A DNA stretch of 64,000 bases, from the NCBI GenBank assembly GCA_964016885.1, contig OZ024749.1, positions 20,274,001-20,338,000 on the forward strand, read 5' to 3'. The notes beneath the pieces were generated by a model that had not been told where the DNA came from, did not search any database, and saw nothing but the letters and a program-made list of their open reading frames with translations. Numbering within the stretch: the stretch's first letter is position 1; every line of letters begins with the position of its first letter. The position numbers and the translations under genes were made by a program. Origin of the DNA: Eledone cirrhosa (taxonomy: Eukaryota). Below are positions 55,642 to 64,000 of this stretch, in pieces.

Positions 55642-58600
55642 AAGGTGACAGACTACTGAGGACCAGAGGTGTGTTTTAACTGCTCAGTAAAGGTGACAGA
55701 CTGCTGAGGACCAGAGATGTGTTTTAACTGCTCAGTAAAGGTGACAGACTACTGAGGACCAGAGATGTGTTTTAACTGCTCAGTAAAGGTGACAGACTGC
55801 TGAGGACCAGAGGTGTGTTTTAACTCCTCAGTAAAGGTGACAGACTGCTGAGGACCAGAGATGTGTTTTAACTGCTCAGTAAAGGTGACAGACTGCTGAG
55901 GACCAGAGATGTGTTTTAACTGCTCAGTAAAGGTGACAGACTGCTGAGGACCAGAGGTGTGTTTTAACTCCTCAGTTAAGGTGACAGATTGCTGAGGACC
56001 AGAGGTGTGTTTTAACTCCTCAGTTAAGGTGACAGACTACTGAGGACCAGAGGTGTGTTTTAACTGCTCAGTAAAGGTGACAGACTGCTGAGGACCAGAG
56101 ATGTGTTTTAACTGCTCAGTAAAGGTGACAGCCTGCTGAGGACCAGAGATGTGTTTTAACTGCTCAGTAAAGGTGACAGACTGCTGAGGACCAGAGGTGT
56201 GTTTTAACTCCTCAGTTAAGGTGACAGACTGCTGAGGACCAGAGATGTGTTTTAACTGCTCAGTAAAGGTGACAGACTGCTGAGGACCAGAGATGTGTTT
56301 TAACTGCTCAGTAAAGGTGACAGACTGCTGAGGACCAGAGGTGTGTTTTAACTCCTCAGTTAAGGTGACAGACTACTGAGGACCAGAGGTGTGTTTTAAC
56401 TGCTCAGTAAAGGTGATAGACTGCTGAGGACCAGAGATGTGTTTTAGCTGCTCAGTAAAGGTGACAGACTGCTGAGGACCAGAGATGTGTTTTAACTGCT
56501 CAGTAAAGGTGACAGACTGCTGGGGACCAGAGGTGTGTTTTAACTCCTCAGTAAAGGTGACAGACTGCTGAGGACCAGAGATGTGTTTTAACTGCTCAGT
56601 AAAGGTGACAGACTGCTGAGGAACAGAGGTGTGTTTTAACGCCTCAGTTAAGGTGACAGATTGCTGAGGACCAGAGGTGTGTTTTAACTCCTCAGTTAAG
56701 GTGACAGATTGCTGAGGACCAGAGGTGTGTTTAAACTCCTCAGTTAAGGTGACAGATTGCTGAGGACCAGAGGTGTGTTTTAACTCCTCAGGTAAGGTGA
56801 CAGATTGCTGAGGACCAGAGGTGTGTTTTAACTCCTCAGTTAAGGTGACAGATTGCTGAGGACCAGAGGTGTGTTTTAACTGCTCAGTAAAGGTGACAGA
56901 TTGCTGAGGACCAGAGGTGTGTTTTAACTCCTCAGTTAAGGTGACAGATTGCTGAGGACCAGAGGTGTGTTTTAACTGCTCAGTAAAGGTGACAGACTAC
57001 TGAGGACCAGAGGTGTGTTTTAACTCCTCAGTTAAGGTGACAGACTACTGAGGACCAGAGGTGTGTTTTAACTCCTCAGTAAAGGTGACAGACTGCTGAG
57101 GACCAGAGGTGTGTTTTAACTGTTCAGTTAAGGTGACAGACTACTGAGGACCAGAGGTGTGTTTTAACTGTTCAGTGAAGGTGACAGACTACTGAGGAAC
57201 AGAGGTGTGTTTTAACTGTTCAGTTAAGGTGACAAACTACTGAGGACCAGAGGTGTGTTTTAACTGCTCAGTAAAGGTGACAGACTGCTGAGGACCAGAG
57301 GTGTGTTTTAACTGTTCAGTTAAGGTGACAGAATGCTGAGGACCAGAGGTGTGTTTTAACTCCTCAGTAAAGGTGACAGACTGCTGAGGACCAGAGGTGT
57401 GTTTTAACTGTTCAGTTAAGGTGACAGAATGCTGAGGACCAGAGGTGTGTTTTAACTCCTCAGTAAAGGTGACAGACTGCTGAGGACCAGAGGTGTGTTT
57501 TAACTCCTCAGTAAAGGTGACAGACTGCTGAGGACCAGAGGTGTGTTTTAACTGTTCAGTTAAGGTGACAGAATGCTGAGGACCAGAGGTGTGTTTTAAC
57601 TGTTCAGTTAAGGTGACAGAATGCTGAGGACCAGAGGTGTGTTTTAACTCCTCAGTAAAGGTGACAGACTGCTGAGGACCAGAGGTGTGTTTTAACTGTT
57701 CAGTTAAGGTGACAGAATGCTGAGGACCAGAGGTGTGTTTTAACTCCTCAGTGAAGGTGACAGAATGCTGAGGACCAGAGGTGTGTTTTAACTCCTCAGT
57801 AAAGGTGACAGACTGCTGAGGACCAGAGGTGTGTTTTAACTGTTCAGTTAAGGTGACAGAATGCTGAGGACCAGAGGTGTGTTTTAACTCCTCAGTGAAG
57901 GTGACAGAATGCTGAGGACCAGAGGTGTGTTTTAACTGCTCAGTTAAGGTGACAGACTACTGAGGACCAGAGGTGTGTTTTAACTCCTCAGTAAATGTGA
58001 CAGACTACTGAGGAACAGGGGTGTGTTTTAACTGTTCAGTTAAGGTGACAGATTGCTGAGGACCAGAGGTGTGTTTTAACTCCTCAGTTAAGGTGACAGA
58101 CTGCTGAGGACCAGAGGTGTGTTTTAACTCCTCAGTTAAGGTGACAGATTGCTGAGGAACAGAGGTGTGTTTTAACTCCTCAGTTAAGGTGACAGACTGC
58201 TGAGGAACAGGGGTGTGTTTTAACTGTTCAGTTAAGGTGACAGATTGTTGAGGACCAGAGGTGTGTTTTAACTCCTCAGTGAAGGTGTCAGACTACTGAG
58301 GACCAGAGGTGTGTTTTAACTGTTCAGTTAAGGTGACAGAATGCTGAGGACCAGAGGTGTGTTTTAACTGTTCAGTTAAGGTGTCAGACTACTGAGGACC
58401 AGAGGTGTATTTTAACTGTTCAGTTAAGGTGTCAGACTACTGAGGACCAGAGGTGTGTTTTAACTGCTCAGTTAAGGTGACAGATTGCTGAGGACCAGAG
58501 GTGTGTTTTAACTCCTCAGTTAAGGTGTCAGACTACTGAGGAAAAGGGGTGTGTTTTAACTGTTCAGTTAAGGTGACAGATTGCTGAGGACCAGAGGTGT

Positions 58601-61600
58601 GTTTTAACTGCTCAGTTAAGGTGTCAGACTACTGAGGACCAGAGATGTGTTTTAACTGCTCAGTAAAGGTGACAGACTGCTGAGGACCAGAGAAGTGTTT
58701 TAACTGCTCAGTAAAGGTGACAGACTGCTGAGGACCAGAGATGTGTTTTAACTGCTCAGTAAAGGTGACAGACTGCTGAGGACCAGAGGTGTGTTTTAAC
58801 TCCTCAGTTAAGGTGACAGACTACTGAGGACCAGAGGTGTGTTTTAACTGCTCAGTAAAGGTGACAGACTGCTGAGGACCAGAGATGTGTTTTAACTGCT
58901 CAGTAAAGGTGACAGACTGCTGAGGACCAGAGATGTGTTTTAACTGCTCAGTAAAGGTGACAGACTGCTGAGGACCAGAGGTGTGTTTTAACTCCTCAGT
59001 AAAGGTGACAGACTGCTGAGGACCAGAGATGTGTTTTAACTGCTCAGTAAAGGTGACAGACTGCTGAGGAACAGAGGTGTGTTTTAACGCCTCAGTTAAG
59101 GTGACAGATTGCTGAGGACCAGAGGTGTGTTTTAACTCCTCAGTTAAGGTGACAGATTGCTGAGGACCAGAGGTGTGTTTTAACTGCTCAGTAAAGGTGA
59201 CAGATTGCTGAGGACCAGAGGTGTGTTTTAACTCCTCAGTTAAGGTGACAGATTGCTGAGGACCAGAGGTGTGTTTTAACTGCTCAGTAAAGGTGACAGA
59301 CTACTGAGGACCAGAGGTGTGTTTTAACTCCTCAGTTAAGGTGACAGACTACTGAGGACCAGAGGTGTGTTTTAACTCCTCAGTAAAGGTGACAGACTGC
59401 TGAGGACCAGAGGTTTGTTTTAACTCCTCAGTTAAGGTGACAGACTACTGAGGAACAGAGGTGTGTTTTAACTGCTCAGTTAAGGTCACAGACTACTGAG
59501 GAACAGAGGTGTGTTTTAACTGCTCAGTTAAGGTGACAGACTACTGAGGAACAGAGGTGTGTTTTAACTGTTCAGTGAAGGTGACAGACTACTGAGGACC
59601 AGAGGTGTGTTTTAACTGTTCAGTTAAGGTGACAGACTACTGAGGACCAGAGGTGTGTTTTAACTCCTCAGTGAAGGTGACAGACTACTGAGGACCAGAG
59701 GTGTGTTTTAACTGCTCAGTAAAGGTGACAGACTACTGAGGACCAGAGCTTTGTTTTAACTCCTCAGTTAAGGTGACAGACTACTGAGGACCAGAGGTGT
59801 GTTTTAACTCCTCAGTAAAGATGACAGACTGCTGAGGACCAGAGGTGTGTTTTAACTCCTCAGTAAAGATGACAGACTGCTGAGGACCAGAGGTGTGTTT
59901 TAACTCCTCAGTAAAGGTGACAGACTGCTGAGGACCAGAGGTGTGTTTTAACTCCTCAGTTAAGGTGACAGACTACTGAGGACCAGAGGTGTGTTTTAAC
60001 TCCTCAGTAAATGTGACAGACTGCTGAGGACCAGAGGTGTTTTTTAACTCCTCAGTAAAGGTGATAGACTGCTGAGGACCAGAGGTGTGTTTTAACGGCT
60101 CAGTAAAGGTGACAGACTACTGAGGACCAGAGGTGTGTTTTAACTGCTCAGTAAAGGTGACAGACTGCTGAGGACCAGAGATGTGTTTTAACTGCTCAGT
60201 AAAGGTGACAGACTACTGAGGACCAGAGATGTGTTTTAACTGCTCAGTAAAGGTGACAGACTGCTGAGGACCAGAGGTGTGTTTTAACTCCTCAGTAAAG
60301 GTGACAGACTGCTGAGGACCAGAGATGTGTTTTAACTGCTCAGTAAAGGTGACAGACTGCTGAGGACCAGAGATGTGTTTTAACTGCTCAGTAAAGGTGA
60401 CAGACTGCTGAGGACCAGAGGTGTGTTTTAACTCCTCAGTTAAGGTGACAGATTGCTGAGGACCAGAGGTGTGTTTTAACTCCTCAGTTAAGGTGACAGA
60501 CTACTGAGGACCAGAGGTGTGTTTTAACTGCTCAGTAAAGGTGACAGACTGCTGAGGACCAGAGATGTGTTTTAACTGCTCAGTAAAGGTGACAGCCTGC
60601 TGAGGACCAGAGATGTGTTTTAACTGCTCAGTAAAGGTGACAGACTGCTGAGGACCAGAGGTGTGTTTTAACTCCTCAGTTAAGGTGACAGACTGCTGAG
60701 GACCAGAGATGTGTTTTAACTGCTCAGTAAAGGTGACAGACTGCTGAGGACCAGAGATGTGTTTTAACTGCTCAGTAAAGGTGACAGACTGCTGAGGACC
60801 AGAGGTGTGTTTTAACTCCTCAGTTAAGGTGACAGACTACTGAGGACCAGAGGTGTGTTTTAACTGCTCAGTAAAGGTGATAGACTGCTGAGGACCAGAG
60901 ATGTGTTTTAGCTGCTCAGTAAAGGTGACAGACTGCTGAGGACCAGAGATGTGTTTTAACTGCTCAGTAAAGGTGACAGACTGCTGGGGACCAGAGGTGT
61001 GTTTTAACTCCTCAGTAAAGGTGACAGACTGCTGAGGACCAGAGATGTGTTTTAACTGCTCAGTAAAGGTGACAGACTGCTGAGGAACAGAGGTGTGTTT
61101 TAACGCCTCAGTTAAGGTGACAGATTGCTGAGGACCAGAGGTGTGTTTTAACTCCTCAGTTAAGGTGACAGATTGCTGAGGACCAGAGGTGTGTTTAAAC
61201 TCCTCAGTTAAGGTGACAGATTGCTGAGGACCAGAGGTGTGTTTTAACTCCTCAGGTAAGGTGACAGATTGCTGAGGACCAGAGGTGTGTTTTAACTCCT
61301 CAGTTAAGGTGACAGATTGCTGAGGACCAGAGGTGTGTTTTAACTGCTCAGTAAAGGTGACAGATTGCTGAGGACCAGAGGTGTGTTTTAACTCCTCAGT
61401 TAAGGTGACAGATTGCTGAGGACCAGAGGTGTGTTTTAACTGCTCAGTAAAGGTGACAGACTACTGAGGACCAGAGGTGTGTTTTAACTCCTCAGTTAAG
61501 GTGACAGACTACTGAGGACCAGAGGTGTGTTTTAACTCCTCAGTAAAGGTGACAGACTGCTGAGGACCAGAGGTGTGTTTTAACTGTTCAGTTAAGGTGA

Positions 61601-64000
61601 CAGACTACTGAGGACCAGAGGTGTGTTTTAACTGTTCAGTGAAGGTGACAGACTACTGAGGAACAGAGGTGTGTTTTAACTGTTCAGTTAAGGTGACAAA
61701 CTACTGAGGACCAGAGGTGTGTTTTAACTGCTCAGTAAAGGTGACAGACTGCTGAGGACCAGAGGTGTGTTTTAACTGTTCAGTTAAGGTGACAGAATGC
61801 TGAGGACCAGAGGTGTGTTTTAACTCCTCAGTAAAGGTGACAGACTGCTGAGGACCAGAGGTGTGTTTTAACTGTTCAGTTAAGGTGACAGAATGCTGAG
61901 GACCAGAGGTGTGTTTTAACTCCTCAGTAAAGGTGACAGACTGCTGAGGACCAGAGGTGTGTTTTAACTCCTCAGTAAAGGTGACAGACTGCTGAGGACC
62001 AGAGGTGTGTTTTAACTGTTCAGTTAAGGTGACAGAATGCTGAGGACCAGAGGTGTGTTTTAACTGTTCAGTTAAGGTGACAGAATGCTGAGGACCAGAG
62101 GTGTGTTTTAACTCCTCAGTAAAGGTGACAGACTGCTGAGGACCAGAGGTGTGTTTTAACTGTTCAGTTAAGGTGACAGAATGCTGAGGACCAGAGGTGT
62201 GTTTTAACTCCTCAGTGAAGGTGACAGAATGCTGAGGACCAGAGGTGTGTTTTAACTCCTCAGTAAAGGTGACAGACTGCTGAGGACCAGAGGTGTGTTT
62301 TAACTGTTCAGTTAAGGTGACAGAATGCTGAGGACCAGAGGTGTGTTTTAACTCCTCAGTGAAGGTGACAGAATGCTGAGGACCAGAGGTGTGTTTTAAC
62401 TGCTCAGTTAAGGTGACAGACTACTGAGGACCAGAGGTGTGTTTTAACTCCTCAGTAAATGTGACAGACTACTGAGGAACAGGGGTGTGTTTTAACTGTT
62501 CAGTTAAGGTGACAGATTGCTGAGGACCAGAGGTGTGTTTTAACTCCTCAGTTAAGGTGACAGACTGCTGAGGACCAGAGGTGTGTTTTAACTCCTCAGT
62601 TAAGGTGACAGATTGCTGAGGAACAGAGGTGTGTTTTAACTCCTCAGTTAAGGTGACAGACTGCTGAGGAACAGGGGTGTGTTTTAACTGTTCAGTTAAG
62701 GTGACAGATTGTTGAGGACCAGAGGTGTGTTTTAACTCCTCAGTGAAGGTGTCAGACTACTGAGGACCAGAGGTGTGTTTTAACTGTTCAGTTAAGGTGA
62801 CAGAATGCTGAGGACCAGAGGTGTGTTTTAACTGTTCAGTTAAGGTGTCAGACTACTGAGGACCAGAGGTGTATTTTAACTGTTCAGTTAAGGTGTCAGA
62901 CTACTGAGGACCAGAGGTGTGTTTTAACTGCTCAGTTAAGGTGACAGATTGCTGAGGACCAGAGGTGTGTTTTAACTCCTCAGTTAAGGTGTCAGACTAC
63001 TGAGGAAAAGGGGTGTGTTTTAACTGTTCAGTTAAGGTGACAGATTGCTGAGGACCAGAGGTGTGTTTTAACTGCTCAGTTAAGGTGTCAGACTACTGAG
63101 GACCAGAGATGTGTTTTAACTGCTCAGTAAAGGTGACAGACTGCTGAGGACCAGAGAAGTGTTTTAACTGCTCAGTAAAGGTGACAGACTGCTGAGGACC
63201 AGAGATGTGTTTTAACTGCTCAGTAAAGGTGACAGACTGCTGAGGACCAGAGGTGTGTTTTAACTCCTCAGTTAAGGTGACAGACTACTGAGGACCAGAG
63301 GTGTGTTTTAACTGCTCAGTAAAGGTGACAGACTGCTGAGGACCAGAGATGTGTTTTAACTGCTCAGTAAAGGTGACAGACTGCTGAGGACCAGAGATGT
63401 GTTTTAACTGCTCAGTAAAGGTGACAGACTGCTGAGGACCAGAGGTGTGTTTTAACTCCTCAGTAAAGGTGACAGACTGCTGAGGACCAGAGATGTGTTT
63501 TAACTGCTCAGTAAAGGTGACAGACTGCTGAGGAACAGAGGTGTGTTTTAACGCCTCAGTTAAGGTGACAGATTGCTGAGGACCAGAGGTGTGTTTTAAC
63601 TCCTCAGTTAAGGTGACAGATTGCTGAGGACCAGAGGTGTGTTTTAACTGCTCAGTAAAGGTGACAGATTGCTGAGGACCAGAGGTGTGTTTTAACTCCT
63701 CAGTTAAGGTGACAGATTGCTGAGGACCAGAGGTGTGTTTTAACTGCTCAGTAAAGGTGACAGACTACTGAGGACCAGAGGTGTGTTTTAACTCCTCAGT
63801 TAAGGTGACAGACTACTGAGGACCAGAGGTGTGTTTTAACTCCTCAGTAAAGGTGACAGACTGCTGAGGACCAGAGGTTTGTTTTAACTCCTCAGTTAAG
63901 GTGACAGACTACTGAGGAACAGAGGTGTGTTTTAACTGCTCAGTTAAGGTCACAGACTACTGAGGAACAGAGGTGTGTTTTAACTGCTCAGTTAAGGTGA
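55642..64000 (+). repeat. Tandem higher-order duplication (about 55642-60105 and 60106 to window end), offset 4464 bp (93 monomers)
   Basis: TTAGCT at 56445/60909, TTTAAAC at 56736/61200, GAAAAGGGG at 58541/63005, AGAAGTG at 58691/63155. Confidence 0.92.

Larger units (their letters stand above)
1..64000 (+). repeat. Tandem satellite array, 48-bp monomer, about 1,333 head-to-tail copies, open at both window ends
   Basis: TGACAGA(C/T/A)T(G/A)CTGAGGA(C/A)CAGAG(G/A)TGTGTTTTAACT(C/G)(C/T)TCAGT(A/T/G)AAGG recurs every 48 bp (units at 1, 49, 97 ... 241). (64000-15+2)/48 is about 1333 after allowing for three indels. No inversion or foreign insert was seen. Confidence 0.99.

Noticed and set aside
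1-64000. Giant repetitive coding exon (mucin-like) in the single open minus-strand frame
   Set aside because: The stop-creating 10A allele is among the most frequent variants and appears every few monomers. Two 1-bp frameshifts also occur, and the other five frames have stops in the consensus. Readthrough or recoding of TAG cannot be formally excluded, but nothing supports it.
1-64000. CRISPR array or other repeat-spacer system
   Set aside because: There are no unique spacers, since the whole 48-bp unit is repeated. No leader or cas-like ORFs are present.
1-64000. tRNA/5S/snRNA tandem gene cluster, telomeric repeat, or CENP-B box
   Set aside because: The unit is too short and lacks recognisable RNA-gene structure or Pol III boxes. 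There are no TTAGGG runs, and the CENP-B box needs CpGs that the consensus lacks.
1-64000. Transposon insertion or strand inversion inside the array
   Set aside because: None was seen on reading through. Orientation is constant and phase is explained by three small indels.

Overview
The whole 64-kb window is one uninterrupted head-to-tail tandem array (satellite or very large minisatellite) of a 48-bp monomer. The + strand consensus is TGACAGACTGCTGAGGACCAGAGGTGTGTTTTAACTCCTCAGTAAAGG, in about 1,333 copies, all in one orientation and running off both window edges. I found no unique sequence, genes, RNA genes, transposon insertions or CRISPR spacers. The two supplied ORFs arise because 48 is divisible by 3 and one minus-strand frame is open between copies of a common stop-creating allele. 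The informative structure is in the variants: about 8 recurrently polymorphic positions, regional allele domains, only three phase-changing indels (+15, -1, -1), local dimer/5-mer/10-mer higher-order repeats, and nested multi-kb duplications. Four of those duplications have offsets clustered at 93-97 monomers (about 4.5 kb). The CpG-free consensus fits a methylated eukaryotic (e.g. vertebrate) genome, but I cannot assign the family or organism. I see no evidence for a new protein-coding system. Duplication boundaries were read by eye and are approximate.
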